Virus record (IMG/VR): IMGVR_UViG_3300020366_000001
Coordinates: 1 to 64,000 of that record
Length of the DNA: 64,000 bases
Origin: a virus
Taxonomy: Duplodnaviria > Caudoviricetes
Direction: 5' to 3' (one strand)
The notes under the pieces were generated by a model. That model had not been told where the DNA came from. It did no database searches and was given only the letters and a program-made list of their open reading frames with translations. A program made the translations under genes and the position numbers. Positions 47,578-58,237 of the stretch are shown here, one piece after another. Position 1 is the stretch's first letter. Every line of letters begins with the position of its first letter.

Positions 47578-47601
47578 AAAAAAGAGGGGCATACGCCCCT
47601 C
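47578..47601 (-). terminator. Terminator after g23
   Basis: GAGGGGC/GCCCCTC stem plus T6. Confidence 0.85.
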
Positions 47602-47627
47602 CAGTATAACGCAGTACTTGCGATGGA

Positions 47628-49067
47628 TCACATAAGGTTGCGAACCAGGACGCGACGATAGTACTGGTTGCGACCCAGACCGTTGGCACCCAGCAGATCT
47701 TCGCCCACAGCAGAACCATCTGCTTTGAACACGAAGGGGTTGGCGACCATACCGTAGCGGGTCTTGAAGCCGATCTTCGGCTGGAAGGAACCCTGATCCA
47801 CGGCGCGGACCATTTGCAGGGGCACGTAGGGGCAATAGAAGAGACCAGCGTCATAGGCGCTAGTGCCCTTATAACCAGCAACGTAGTAGTGGTCGTCAGA
47901 CAGGTTAGCGGAATAAGGATCCACATAGACCTTGACGCCACCGTTGAGAGTACCAACGAAGGTGTTGCCAGTGTCATCGGGCAGACCGTTGGTGCTCAGG
48001 GCGGGGGTGTAATCAAGCACACCAGCCATATTCAGAGCGGAAGCAACATCAGCAGAGCAGAGGATGAAGTTGCCCTTCCCTCTACGAGTTTGCTGTGCAA
48101 TAGCGTTGGCGTCACGCTCGATCTGATAGATCAGACCTTTGAACTTCTCAACACTCCAGCGACCGTTAGAGTCGGTGTCAAGGTTGAAGATGCCAGCGTT
48201 AGCAACGTTGTTCTGAGCACCGACCTTTGCTTGGAGATACACAGTACGGATCACTTCGCGGTTGATTTCAGCGAGGATCTCCGAAGACAGGATGTTGGAG
48301 AGTTCAGTCTCAGCATCCAGACCGTGGATCGCCTTGAGGTCTTGTGCCAGTTCCAAGGTGTACTCAGCTTTCAGAGCACGGGACTTGGCAGTGACCGACA
48401 CCTTGTCGATCGAGAATGCCATCTCGCGGAAGTCAGGAGATCCAGCAGATCCCAGTGCTTCCAGGTAGTCACGAGCAGAACCTTGGGTGTTCTCGTAACG
48501 GAAGTTACCAGAGGCATACGTGGTGCTATCGTTGAGGATAGCGGGGTTGTTACCTTCAGCAGTGTTGGTAGCAGCTGCAGCAGAGCCACTTCCATCGCCA
48601 CCACCACCTTCGCCAACGTGACCAGCGAGGGGGTTGTAGGCAGCACCACCAGAAGCATCGCCCACGGCAGAGAAACCAGGGTTAGGCTCGTTGAACAGTG
48701 CTTCTGCGCCGTCGCGATCGTTGTAGTGCGACTTCATTGCGAAGATCAGTCCAGTAGGACCGCTCATCGGTTGCACACCACACACGTCATAAGCGACGAG
48801 GTTAGGCATAGAACGACGGATCAGGCTGATCAGGATCGGGTCGAAACCAGCGAGACCAGAAGAACCGTGGGAAGATTTAAGACCGTCTGCACCAACGCTG
48901 TTGATGGGGGCGGCTTCGTTAAGCATTGAATGCTCTTCTTTCAGAGCACGCTCTTGGTTTTCAAGGAGTTGAGCGGTAACCTGCTTACGGTGTGAATCCT
49001 TAATCTCGGAGAGATCACCGTGATTCAGAACAGGTGCCCACTTCTCCTGCAGTTGACGGGTGTCCAT
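47628..49067 (-). CDS. g23: Major capsid protein gp23
   Basis: KWAPVL, GVQPMSGPTGLIFA, FYCPYVPL, FQPKIGFKTRYG. Confidence 0.99.
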   Translation of the reverse strand: MDTRQLQEKWAPVLNHGDLSEIKDSHRKQVTAQLLENQERALKEEHSMLNEAAPINSVGADGLKSSHGSSGLAGFDPILISLIRRSMPNLVAYDVCGVQPMSGPTGLIFAMKSHYNDRDGAEALFNEPNPGFSAVGDASGGAAYNPLAGHVGEGGGGDGSGSAAAATNTAEGNNPAILNDSTTYASGNFRYENTQGSARDYLEALGSAGSPDFREMAFSIDKVSVTAKSRALKAEYTLELAQDLKAIHGLDAETELSNILSSEILAEINREVIRTVYLQAKVGAQNNVANAGIFNLDTDSNGRWSVEKFKGLIYQIERDANAIAQQTRRGKGNFILCSADVASALNMAGVLDYTPALSTNGLPDDTGNTFVGTLNGGVKVYVDPYSANLSDDHYYVAGYKGTSAYDAGLFYCPYVPLQMVRAVDQGSFQPKIGFKTRYGMVANPFVFKADGSAVGEDLLGANGLGRNQYYRRVLVRNLM

Positions 49068-49103
49068 TTGCGGAATAGTTAGGGTTTGAATTTAATATAG
49101 AAA

Positions 49104-50195
49104 TCAGTTCTTATGAGAAGAAATTGCATTCAGATATGCTTGCATAACTGGTGCATACTCTTCAGAAACACCTTCAACAGGAGTCTCGACTTGCTCGGTT
49201 ACAGTAGCTTTGCTTTCCGAGAAGTAAGAACCCTTAATGGTGTTCAGCTTTTCTCTGTAAGTCTCTTCATCCTTGAAGGATACCGCTTCAGCGAGAGAAG
49301 CAAACTTCTCTTTCTGAGTGTCGGTGAGACCTTCGCTCATTTCGGCAACAATGCCGCCACGAGTGAATTCAGAGATGCGGGATGACAACTTCACATTCGC
49401 TTCAATCTGTTCGTTGAGGCGATCTTCCATTTCACGAAGGGAGACGTTCATAGATTCCAGAACATCTTCTTTGCCCTCAGGCACATCAATGTAGTGCTCA
49501 TCAAACAGGGACTTAAGTCCAGTGATGAACGACTCAGTGATCTCAACTTTGAGACCAGTGTCGATGGCGACTTGGTTCTCTTCGAGCCAACGCTCAGAAG
49601 TGTACTTCATCATTCCATCAACTTCTTCTGCCAAGGATGCACGAACTTTCTCGACTTCCTCAGCAAGCTTGGTGTTGTACTGTGACTCAAGTTCCTCAAC
49701 AATCGCACCAATCTTGGTCTTGACTGCTGCCTCAAAAATGGTGGCTGCCTTTTCAAGGAACTTCTCTGACAGTTCTTCGCCTTCTGCGAGTGCTGCAACG
49801 TCAGCACTGAGGTCCACTTCAATGTCCTCGCGACGGGTACCGTAACCGATTTTAGAATCGAGTTTGGGTTCAGAACCAGCAGGCTCATCTTTGCCATCGC
49901 CACGTGTCTGACCGTCAGATACGGCACCCTTGGTGGCGTTATCTTTCAGTTTGTTGGAATCATCTTGAGGATGATTGTGCGTGGGAGTAGGACCACCGAG
50001 ATCAGTAATAGACTGACCAGGGACCAGGGATGGATCGAGTTTGCCAGGAGTTTGATCGCCAGGTGCTGCTTTCGCATTCACTGCAGTTTTGGACTGAGTG
50101 GAAGGTGCAGCGGGCTCCGAGCCAGGCACCGTGCTGCTGGGGAGTTCCATTTCTGAAACCATCTCCTCAAACTTTTCGTTAATCAATTGGGACAT
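49104..50195 (-). CDS. g22: Prohead core scaffold gp22
   Basis: KAATIFEAAV, WLEEN, acidic coiled coil; gene order. Confidence 0.93.
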   Translation of the reverse strand: MSQLINEKFEEMVSEMELPSSTVPGSEPAAPSTQSKTAVNAKAAPGDQTPGKLDPSLVPGQSITDLGGPTPTHNHPQDDSNKLKDNATKGAVSDGQTRGDGKDEPAGSEPKLDSKIGYGTRREDIEVDLSADVAALAEGEELSEKFLEKAATIFEAAVKTKIGAIVEELESQYNTKLAEEVEKVRASLAEEVDGMMKYTSERWLEENQVAIDTGLKVEITESFITGLKSLFDEHYIDVPEGKEDVLESMNVSLREMEDRLNEQIEANVKLSSRISEFTRGGIVAEMSEGLTDTQKEKFASLAEAVSFKDEETYREKLNTIKGSYFSESKATVTEQVETPVEGVSEEYAPVMQAYLNAISSHKN

Positions 50196-50237
50196 CGGAG
50201 TTAAACCTCTAAGCTTTACTTTTATTATGTCTAGAGT

Positions 50238-50245
50238 TATTTATA
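50238..50245 (-). promoter_or_regulatory. T4-type late promoter for g22/g23
   Basis: TATAAATA. Confidence 0.8.
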
Positions 50246-50247
50246 AA

Positions 50248-50892
50248 TTAAAGAGAGTTCAAGAAATTCTGGAACACTCTGAGTTTCCGCGTTTCAATTT
50301 CGCGGCGCTCACTTTCAGAAATGAACTTTTTATATTTAGCAACTTTAGATTCCTTAACGATACCGTTATCCCAGACCCACTCTTTACCTTCAAAGATGCC
50401 ATTGACAAAGGCATCAGGTGCGGAAGGATCGGCAACAATATCGGCGGCGGTTGCTAGCATAAAGTCATCTCTGACATAGTTAGCATCTTCGCGACGCTCC
50501 ACAGAACCAAGTCCACGTGAAGAGACGCCGAGTTTTACACCTTCATCTAGTAAGTTCTTAGCGATCCTACCCATTGGGGTGTCAAGGATTTTTGCCCTGC
50601 CAATAAAATTACTTCCCTCTTTTTTGAGAGAGGTAATACGATGAGACACGCGATCGAGATTGATGGTAGGACCATCAGGATGACCAAGCTCTCCAACAGC
50701 ACGAGAATTATTCACGTGTTCTTGGATGTACTTGTTCACTTCGCGCTCAAGAACAGACATCGGATAAACCCGACCATTGCGGTTCTTCAGTTCTGCCTGA
50801 AGGAAAACACCTTCAATATAATGAGACTTCTTGCCGTTTTTTTCTTCGACTAGAAGATTAACCTCTTCAATCGTTTCCGTTATCAGTTTCAT
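50248..50892 (-). CDS. g21: Prohead protease gp21
   Basis: NRNGRVY, GELGHP, GVSSRG.GS, DIVADPS. Confidence 0.96.
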   Translation of the reverse strand: MKLITETIEEVNLLVEEKNGKKSHYIEGVFLQAELKNRNGRVYPMSVLEREVNKYIQEHVNNSRAVGELGHPDGPTINLDRVSHRITSLKKEGSNFIGRAKILDTPMGRIAKNLLDEGVKLGVSSRGLGSVERREDANYVRDDFMLATAADIVADPSAPDAFVNGIFEGKEWVWDNGIVKESKVAKYKKFISESERREIETRKLRVFQNFLNSL

Positions 50893-51085
50893 CGGTTTCG
50901 GGTTCTGCGGTTGCTTCTGGTTCTGCAAAATAAGTCTTCGCTAAGACATCAGCATAGTTGTCTAAAGTCTCTGCGGACTTGCCATACAGCATTTTGTTGA
51001 TGGCATCTACTGCTGCAGCACGATTGCCATCAGCAATAGCATCAACCGCCGCACGTGCGGAAGCTTCGGGTGTATTTGAATCCAT
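50867..51085 (-). CDS. Small prohead core-like protein
   Basis: Between g20 and g21. Confidence 0.65.
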   Translation of the reverse strand: MDSNTPEASARAAVDAIADGNRAAAVDAINKMLYGKSAETLDNYADVLAKTYFAEPEATAEPETDETDNGND

Positions 51086-51108
51086 AATAATGACCAGAAT
51101 ATTTCTAT

Positions 51109-52698
51109 TTAGCTATCCAGATCGCTAGACCCCGTAGTGGCACCTAGGTCTGGTTGATTTTCAGGTAGAGCTGCATCAATTGGAACGATCGAAGGGATGA
51201 TTCCAGCAGACCTTTCTGCTTTAATTTGAGCTTCAATTTCTTTCTGCTCAGACTCAGTTTGATGCAAGATATTTGCCTTGATATACTCCGCAGAGAAATA
51301 ACGACCGAGGTATGGTTCCATCTTGACTGCCAGATCCATACGATTGCCGATGAGCTCTGCTTCTTTTAGTTCGTTAAAATGATTGTCGAAGAGGAAATCA
51401 TATTGGATATGCTCACGCATATCTTCCCACTCTTCAATGCTGATGACTCGTTTCAGAACGAGTTGAGTCTTCAGAATATCATCAAACAGAACAGAAAACT
51501 TTTTACGGAGGCGACCGACGAACTTGGAAAATTTAAGTTCGTCACGAAGAATCTCATTACTTCTTCCGAGACTAAATCCTTTTTCTCCATCTAACCGACT
51601 CGGGGGTAAGTTGAGCGATTTAAAGAGCTTCGTTCTGAAGTACTCTACATCTTTTAATTCACCAAGGTTTTGCCCGCCAGGCAGGGTAGAAATTTCGGTA
51701 CCGCGCCCTCCCTCGCGGCGAGGAAGCCAGAAGTCTTCCAGCATAGACATATGCTTTTTGTCATCGCGAATCTCACCCGTGTTAGCATCATAAACCAGTT
51801 TGTTGCGATACCGATTCATCACATCGCGCAGGTATTGTTCCGCCTTATTCTTCGGCAGATTACCTACATCGATGTAGAAAATCCTACGCTCAGGTGCTCT
51901 ACTCAAACGGTAGATAACCAAAGCATCTTCGATCATTCTCAACTGGTTGAGAGACTTGATCGCTTTATGTAAGAACGACAGTGTGGTTTTTTGGTTGAGA
52001 TCCATCAACCCCGAATTGGTGTGAGCAATAGCATCCATCGCAATGCGGATACCTTTTTGCTCGGGTCCATTCATATTGAGGAACCCTTTCGGATTGTAGA
52101 TATAGTACTCTTCGTGATTACCAAAATCGTAATCAAGAGCAGACTGTTCTCTACCGAGACGACGTGCCTCGTTAGGATCTTTATCGTTCTTCTTCATCTC
52201 CCGAACTTTCTTGATCTTTAGAGGATCAATGTAACGGAGTTCGGTGATACCCTGCTTAGGGTTATTTAAATCAATGACTTTATGATAATATAATCTGCCA
52301 TCGATATACCAGCGTCTAAAAATTTCGTGAGATTTGCGGTCAAAATCAATAAGACGTTTGACGTTTTCAAATTCTTCGCGAATTTTAGTCTTGATGTTGT
52401 CTCCAACCTCAAGGTTAGACAACTCAATCTGTACAGGTGTGTCGTTCAGATCTGAAATAATGGCTTCATTAACCACCTCGTCGATGGCAGTATCGACTTC
52501 TGGGTGTAGCGCCATATCACGATAGCGGCGAATCAACTCGTACTCGTTACGAGCTTTCGCGCCGCCATCTAGATCGACATATTGTCCAAAATAACCACCA
52601 GCAATTGTGGTGATAGAATCATCTTGTGACGGAGGGATCGGGGACTGACCCTTCGGTCCCTCCTTTCTCTTAATTGAGAATCCAAACAACTGAGCCAT
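51109..52698 (-). CDS. g20: Portal protein gp20
   Basis: YRLSRAPERRIFYIDVGN, EDFWLPRREGGRGTEI. Confidence 0.98.
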   Translation of the reverse strand: MAQLFGFSIKRKEGPKGQSPIPPSQDDSITTIAGGYFGQYVDLDGGAKARNEYELIRRYRDMALHPEVDTAIDEVVNEAIISDLNDTPVQIELSNLEVGDNIKTKIREEFENVKRLIDFDRKSHEIFRRWYIDGRLYYHKVIDLNNPKQGITELRYIDPLKIKKVREMKKNDKDPNEARRLGREQSALDYDFGNHEEYYIYNPKGFLNMNGPEQKGIRIAMDAIAHTNSGLMDLNQKTTLSFLHKAIKSLNQLRMIEDALVIYRLSRAPERRIFYIDVGNLPKNKAEQYLRDVMNRYRNKLVYDANTGEIRDDKKHMSMLEDFWLPRREGGRGTEISTLPGGQNLGELKDVEYFRTKLFKSLNLPPSRLDGEKGFSLGRSNEILRDELKFSKFVGRLRKKFSVLFDDILKTQLVLKRVISIEEWEDMREHIQYDFLFDNHFNELKEAELIGNRMDLAVKMEPYLGRYFSAEYIKANILHQTESEQKEIEAQIKAERSAGIIPSIVPIDAALPENQPDLGATTGSSDLDS

Positions 52699-52727
52699 TA
52701 TATTTTGGAGAATACCTAATACTTAGG

Positions 52728-52735
52728 TATTTATA
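52728..52735 (-). promoter_or_regulatory. T4-type late promoter for g20
   Basis: TATAAATA overlapping the palindrome AATACCTAA/TTAGGTATT (52711-52731). Confidence 0.75.
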
Positions 52736-52738
52736 GAC

Positions 52739-53329
52739 TCAGGAAATACCGTTATCGTACTTCTCGGAATTGCTACCAGCGGTCCAGTACTGGACTTGGA
52801 ATTCAACAGTGAATTCTTCAATCTGATCATTGCTGTCATAAGCAAGATCAATCTGGGAAACCTGAGTAGGGAAGCAACCCCACAGTTTGTAAGACTTGAC
52901 ATAGTTGTCTGCCTTCTCTTCACCAGAGCGACCGAGTTGGTGAACAACCAGATCCTTGGTGTATCCATCAGCAGCACTGTCAGGATTGACGAGTTCTGCA
53001 ATGTTTTCTTCGTGAGCGTTGATCTTCTGTAACCAACCCTCAAACAGGTTGCGCAGACGGAAGTTGGTGTCGTTAATGATGGTGACACTCCAAGTGTCGA
53101 AGGTTCTGTCGCCAGCAACCTTTACGACACGCCCTCTGAAGGGCACGTCGATAACACCAAGGTTAGATGCGGGGAGAGCAGCTGCCTTGCAAAGGAAGGA
53201 ACCGAGTTCTCTGTCAGACTGGGTAACACCCAGTCCAGACGGCCAATCTAACTTGACACGGAATAGATTTGGTTTGACTCCACTCTTTACTTTTGAGAGG
53301 AAGTCCTTAACGTTACTTGAGACTGCCAT
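52739..53329 (-). CDS. g19: Tail tube protein gp19
   Basis: PNLF, VPFRGR..KVAGDRTF, IEEFTVEF. Confidence 0.96.
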   Translation of the reverse strand: MAVSSNVKDFLSKVKSGVKPNLFRVKLDWPSGLGVTQSDRELGSFLCKAAALPASNLGVIDVPFRGRVVKVAGDRTFDTWSVTIINDTNFRLRNLFEGWLQKINAHEENIAELVNPDSAADGYTKDLVVHQLGRSGEEKADNYVKSYKLWGCFPTQVSQIDLAYDSNDQIEEFTVEFQVQYWTAGSNSEKYDNGIS

Positions 53330-53371
53330 TGGTTTTTATACCTCTATGAGTTTATTTAGAAAGAGAGTGGA

Positions 53372-55552
53372 TCATCTGCCGATGATTTCATCGAACGAAA
53401 CACCAGTGCGGGTAGCAACGAAGGTGATCGTGATGAAGTTAATCGAGCGAGAAGGCTTCAGATAGATCTCAGCAACGAATTCGTTACGGTCGATCACATC
53501 GCCAGTGTTGTTGGTCTCATCGCAGACCACCAGATAATCGGTGACGCCGCGACGTGCTTGGACTTCGCGGAGATAACCACCAACAGCACCAGAGAAACTG
53601 GAGCGAGTGATTTCGTCGTTCAGATCGAACAGCACGTTCTTAGCGAATGCTTCGATTTGCTTCTCCACCACCAGGAACAGGCGACGAACGTTGATACGGT
53701 CGAAGGAAGAAGGAGTGCTGAGTGCGGTCTTGTCACCAAACAGGACGGTGCCGCGACCAGGGAACGTGGAGATAGGATTCACACGTGCCTGATACAACTT
53801 ATCGCGATCAGACTTAGCAGGAGTGTAAGCAAGTTTGATCACGTTACGAATGACGCCACGGTTGAATCCAGCAGGAGAGAACCAGGGGTCAATGTTGCGA
53901 GCAGTTTCAACACACAGACCAGCAACGTCGCCATTGCAAGGCACGTAGCGATAAGTGTCATTGAAGCGATCGTAGATGTACTTCCAACCGCTATCAAACA
54001 CAGCGTAAGAAGTAGAAGAACCAACGCCATCGAAGAAGTCGATTACGTTGTCACGTTGGGCAGCAACGTTAGTAGCGAGAGTACCGAGAACTGCGCCTCT
54101 GTAAGGAGAGACGAACGCCATACAATCCTTACGTGCAGAAGCGATATTCACGCACTTCTGAGCAACGGTGATCGAATCAACGCGAGCAGCGAGGAGAGGA
54201 CCAGCAAGGATGAAGTCAAGACCGATGGACTCAGTATCAGCGAAGTAATCGTAACCAGCAGTCAGATCACCAGCATCAACAGCATAACCATCAACGCCAC
54301 CAGCCATTGTGTAGGACTGATAACCGAGCATCGTGTAGTTGCGTCCAGACTCGATACCAGATCCCCAGATTCCAGTGGTGTAACCACCATAGGAAGCAGT
54401 GGTGTTGGTGGAGTCGTGCTTACCCCAGTAGAGATAAGCAGAACCAAAGCGGAGAACGTTAGCGTAGTAGTTGTCAGCGCCTTCGGTAGTTTGTGCCAGA
54501 GCGGACTTAGACAGATTCTGGAACTTCTCCAGCATACTGTTCTTAGAACCAGTCAGTCTGCCAGTGGCATCCAGAACCACAATGCTCAGTTCGTCATACT
54601 TAGAACCGAAGTTGGCAGCGTAGGTAGAGGTGCCAGGGCGGGACACCAGGGTGTTCCAGTTGATGTCAGTGCCAGACAGTTTGACGTTATCCCACCACTT
54701 CGTAGCAGCGGAAGTATCGAAAGCAGTCAGTTCAGTGACAGCAGCGCCGTCAGCGTGAGCAGCAGCTGCAGTGCCCATTGCACCACGGGTGACTGCCAGT
54801 TGAGGTGCAGAACTAACATCGGTGACAAGAACGATCTCGCTGCCAATCAGCAGATAGTCGTTATCAGCAATGCCAGTGCCAGAAGCAACAGTGATGGTTG
54901 CATCGCCAGCAGCAACAGCACCGTTCAGAGTAGTAGCGGTGCCACCAGTCTGTGGAACGAGCAGGTTGCCAGTACCAACAGCAAAGTTGCCGTTGGTTTC
55001 AAAAACTTTGAGTGCAGCAGATCCTGCAGCAGCGGCAAACAACTTACCAGAAACACCGTTAGCGGTGTAGACGGTAGTGCCAGCAGCGGCAGTAACAGAA
55101 GCACCAGCGGTCAGATCGAAGTCGTAACCGTGGTCAACAACGTGAACGCTAATGTTGTTACCATAAGTACCAGCGCTCTTGGCAGCATAGTGCCAGTTTT
55201 GAGCACCATCGAAGTGGTTGGTAACGTACTCGCCATCGTTCTCGATGAGTTGAGCGGTAGCACTATCGGTAACTGCGTTAACCAGAGTGCTTGCGCCAAC
55301 ACGAACAACTTGCAGTTGTCCGCCATAAGAGAGGAAGTTTGTAGCGGTGAACCAGAACTCCGCATTATCTGCATTGGGAGCTCCAAAAGTCTCAAGGAGA
55401 CCTTTCTCGTTCAGAATGTTTGTAATTTCGTTTACTGGACCTCTTTCAAAAGGTCCAACAATTGCACCAACGTTGTCGATAGTACTATCGATACGTGCGT
55501 TGGTTAGGTCGCGTTCTTTAATAACAACGCCAGGTGATACTTGCCCTGCCAT
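53372..55552 (-). CDS. g18: Tail sheath protein gp18
   Basis: SPGVVIKE.D, PWFSPAG, FDRINVRRLF, RSINFI. Confidence 0.97.
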   Translation of the reverse strand: MAGQVSPGVVIKERDLTNARIDSTIDNVGAIVGPFERGPVNEITNILNEKGLLETFGAPNADNAEFWFTATNFLSYGGQLQVVRVGASTLVNAVTDSATAQLIENDGEYVTNHFDGAQNWHYAAKSAGTYGNNISVHVVDHGYDFDLTAGASVTAAAGTTVYTANGVSGKLFAAAAGSAALKVFETNGNFAVGTGNLLVPQTGGTATTLNGAVAAGDATITVASGTGIADNDYLLIGSEIVLVTDVSSAPQLAVTRGAMGTAAAAHADGAAVTELTAFDTSAATKWWDNVKLSGTDINWNTLVSRPGTSTYAANFGSKYDELSIVVLDATGRLTGSKNSMLEKFQNLSKSALAQTTEGADNYYANVLRFGSAYLYWGKHDSTNTTASYGGYTTGIWGSGIESGRNYTMLGYQSYTMAGGVDGYAVDAGDLTAGYDYFADTESIGLDFILAGPLLAARVDSITVAQKCVNIASARKDCMAFVSPYRGAVLGTLATNVAAQRDNVIDFFDGVGSSTSYAVFDSGWKYIYDRFNDTYRYVPCNGDVAGLCVETARNIDPWFSPAGFNRGVIRNVIKLAYTPAKSDRDKLYQARVNPISTFPGRGTVLFGDKTALSTPSSFDRINVRRLFLVVEKQIEAFAKNVLFDLNDEITRSSFSGAVGGYLREVQARRGVTDYLVVCDETNNTGDVIDRNEFVAEIYLKPSRSINFITITFVATRTGVSFDEIIGR

Positions 55553-55635
55553 CTTGTATGTCTCCTGAAAAGATTCCAGTGTAGTCTTAAGTTATTTATT
55601 ATTTTAGACCTTTCAAACGGGGAAACAGGACGTAA

Positions 55636-55869
55636 TCACCAATCTGGGTATTCCCAACCTCTCTCAAAGGCACGACTAGATCGTCTATACCCTTTGTTTC
55701 TTTGGATGGTGCACTCTTTGCATTCGTATGAATATGACGATGGGACTGGTCCTTTATCTTTTCTTGTACGATAAAAACCATCTACTAGATCTTTTGTCTT
55801 TCCACAGGTTCTACACTTCCTTTCAACGAATAGTAAGTGCTCTAATGAAAAGTCGTTATCTAGATCCAT
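55636..55869 (-). CDS. Small Zn-finger protein
   Basis: CRTC...CKEC, C-terminal YPDW. Confidence 0.7.
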   Translation of the reverse strand: MDLDNDFSLEHLLFVERKCRTCGKTKDLVDGFYRTRKDKGPVPSSYSYECKECTIQRNKGYRRSSRAFERGWEYPDW

Positions 55870-55873
55870 CGTA

Positions 55874-57538
55874 TTAAACAAACGGTAGCATATAATCCAC
55901 AGAATACTGTTTCGATCCATACTCATCTACCTGCCATACATTTCCATCTTCATCGACGATAGTTTCCTCTTGCAAACCATTATCCATAAAACCGAATGGT
56001 GCCATATCCTGTTCGATTTCATTCTTGCGTTCGTCGTAGATTCTCTTCCTAATATCTTGATCTGACATTTCACGGAAGTAATCTTGCATAACAATCCACG
56101 CAAAGATCACGTTGCACATAACAAGGTCATCGTGATATCCTTCGTCTGCTTCAAAAGAATCTTTCTTCTGAACAAATGTGGTTAGTTCGGCAATGGTTTC
56201 ATAATCATTGATCATCAGTTTATCTTCTTCGATCAATGCTTTGAGGTTGGAACAACCAATCTTCTTCACAGTCTTAGACATCTTGACACCTAGTTGTGTC
56301 TTGCCACCAGAGAATCCCATACCTAAGATCTGTCCAGCACGTCCGCGCATTGCGCACATCAGAACATTGTCGTATTCCAGATCGTAGTTGATAATAGTTG
56401 CAACCTGATCACCAATATCGTTGACTTCAACACATATAAAAGCGCTGTTGTAATTTCTGGCAACGTCTACTATAATGTTCGGGAAGAGGAGGGGTTTGAT
56501 TTCGTTATTACGATACTTGCCCACCATCCTATATGGAAACTCTGTTGTATCAAAGATACAGAATGCAGAGTAGTCTAAGGATGAACCCCGTGAAACATCT
56601 ACTGTTATTACATAGTTGTGCCCCTCCTTGCGTGGCTCATATATGTCGAGTCCCGCGTTCCTTGTGATAGGGGTGTCAAAAGACAGAGACTTAAGTTTAC
56701 TAGGTGCGATTAAAGTGTCCTGCGACCCTAGGAATTCGCACTCAAACTCTTGAGTAAACTGTCGTTTGGAAGTGTTACGAATGGTCTGTTCCTTCCATTT
56801 GGCATCTCTACCAGGAACTTCTGACCAGTGTACTTCCGTTGTTACATATTCGTTTCTATCCTTCAGGGCATCGTTCCACATCTTGTAGAACATATTCATC
56901 CCGTTGGGAGTAGAAATGATAATTACTTTTGATTTCTGACCTGAACTAATCGTCGGATAAACGGAACTAAAAAACTGATCGCAAATATGGTTGGGGATAA
57001 ACGCAAATTCATCAAGAAAGATAACGTTAAAAGACATACCACGGACAGCAGAGGCACTAGTAGAAGCTGCCATAATTTTTGATCCATTTTCTAACTCCAG
57101 TGATCCTCTGTTCCACGCTACAATCCCCTGCTGCATCCAACGCGGCAAGTTTTCATAACTTAACTGCAAACGAGATAACATCTCACGTGCAGTAGCTGCT
57201 TTGTTTGCAAGAATAGCGATATTAACGTTATCATTAAATAACGCATAATGCAACAGGTAAGTCGTCACAATAGTGGACTTACCTGACTGCCGTGGAAGTT
57301 TGGCAATGTTAAATCTATGCCTGTGAAACTTCCACATCATTTCTTTCTGAAAGTCATACATCTTGAAAGGCACGAGACCTGTGTCGATGTTGACGATCTT
57401 CAAATATTTGCCAGCAAAATATACAGGGTTATCCCTGCACTTAATATACTCAGCAACTTGTTCTTTGGTAAAGTTCTGAGTAGTATTAGCTTTCTTTAGA
57501 TTGGGATTACCAAGATATATGTCACTCTGTGCAGGCAT
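55874..57538 (-). CDS. g17: Terminase large subunit gp17
   Basis: YLGNPNLK, RQSGKST, LDEFAF, STPNG, HDDLVM. Confidence 0.97.
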   Translation of the reverse strand: MPAQSDIYLGNPNLKKANTTQNFTKEQVAEYIKCRDNPVYFAGKYLKIVNIDTGLVPFKMYDFQKEMMWKFHRHRFNIAKLPRQSGKSTIVTTYLLHYALFNDNVNIAILANKAATAREMLSRLQLSYENLPRWMQQGIVAWNRGSLELENGSKIMAASTSASAVRGMSFNVIFLDEFAFIPNHICDQFFSSVYPTISSGQKSKVIIISTPNGMNMFYKMWNDALKDRNEYVTTEVHWSEVPGRDAKWKEQTIRNTSKRQFTQEFECEFLGSQDTLIAPSKLKSLSFDTPITRNAGLDIYEPRKEGHNYVITVDVSRGSSLDYSAFCIFDTTEFPYRMVGKYRNNEIKPLLFPNIIVDVARNYNSAFICVEVNDIGDQVATIINYDLEYDNVLMCAMRGRAGQILGMGFSGGKTQLGVKMSKTVKKIGCSNLKALIEEDKLMINDYETIAELTTFVQKKDSFEADEGYHDDLVMCNVIFAWIVMQDYFREMSDQDIRKRIYDERKNEIEQDMAPFGFMDNGLQEETIVDEDGNVWQVDEYGSKQYSVDYMLPFV

Positions 57539-57694
57539 TTATTCTTCTAGAAATTCGGGTTCATAAAGAGGGCAGGGTTCTTCTGCCAAGGTTTCATTCT
57601 TTTTCTTTTGGAGTTTGCGCTGTAGTTCGCGCATCTCCTCTTCCTCTAAAACCTCTTGAGCCATTCCCCAAGAGTTAGTCTGATTGTTGTTCAT
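57539..57694 (-). CDS. Small hypothetical protein
   Basis: Manual translation ..MAQEVLEEEEMRELQRK..EEPCPLYEPEF. Confidence 0.5.
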   Translation of the reverse strand: MNNNQTNSWGMAQEVLEEEEMRELQRKLQKKKNETLAEEPCPLYEPEFLEE

Positions 57695-57914
57695 CGGGTT
57701 TCGTAGCAGTAGCGTGTTCGATGTTGTATTCTTGCATCATAGCAAACAACCTCACCTTCATAAGGTGCAACCAATCCTGCTCTTCAGCGGGGCGAGCAGG
57801 AGATCCAGGCCATTTTTCAATAGAGTAGCAGACGTGTGAGTACATCGCACGAACTTCGTCGATGCCCATAAACATCTGCATACACCATTCATCACTATGA
57901 TCGTAGTCGTCCAT
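57675..57914 (-). CDS. Hypothetical cyanophage protein
   Basis: WPGSPARPAEEQ motif. Confidence 0.7.
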   Translation of the reverse strand: MDDYDHSDEWCMQMFMGIDEVRAMYSHVCYSIEKWPGSPARPAEEQDWLHLMKVRLFAMMQEYNIEHATATKPDEQQSD

Positions 57915-58237
57915 TAGGAAACGTGTACAGTACCGATCATTCCCGCACCTTTATGGGGATCACACCAGAAGGTGAAATCGCCAGACTCTGGGAATGTCAC
58001 TTCAAAACTTTCTCCACCTGCAAAGGCGAGACCATCGTGAGACCACTCAGGGTGATCTTCAATAATAACATTATGAGGAGGAAGCATACCGTTGACAAAA
58101 GTAACGGTGTCACCTGCAGAGATATTAATTTCTGAAGGTTCAAATACTAGGTTGCCATTAGCACCCATAGTAACTTCTACTGCCCACGCAGGAGCAGCGA
58201 GGAAAAGAACAGCAAAAAGAGAGATAATAAATTTCAT
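57914..58237 (-). CDS. petE: Plastocyanin
   Basis: Signal peptide; PPHNV and C-D-P-H..AGM copper ligands. Confidence 0.96.
   Translation of the reverse strand: MKFIISLFAVLFLAAPAWAVEVTMGANGNLVFEPSEINISAGDTVTFVNGMLPPHNVIIEDHPEWSHDGLAFAGGESFEVTFPESGDFTFWCDPHKGAGMIGTVHVS

Noticed and set aside
47814-48929. 371-aa plus-strand ORF
   Set aside because: Antisense shadow of g23
53558-55507. 649-aa plus-strand ORF
   Set aside because: Codon-aligned antisense shadow of g18, explained by codon bias in a highly expressed gene; no motifs
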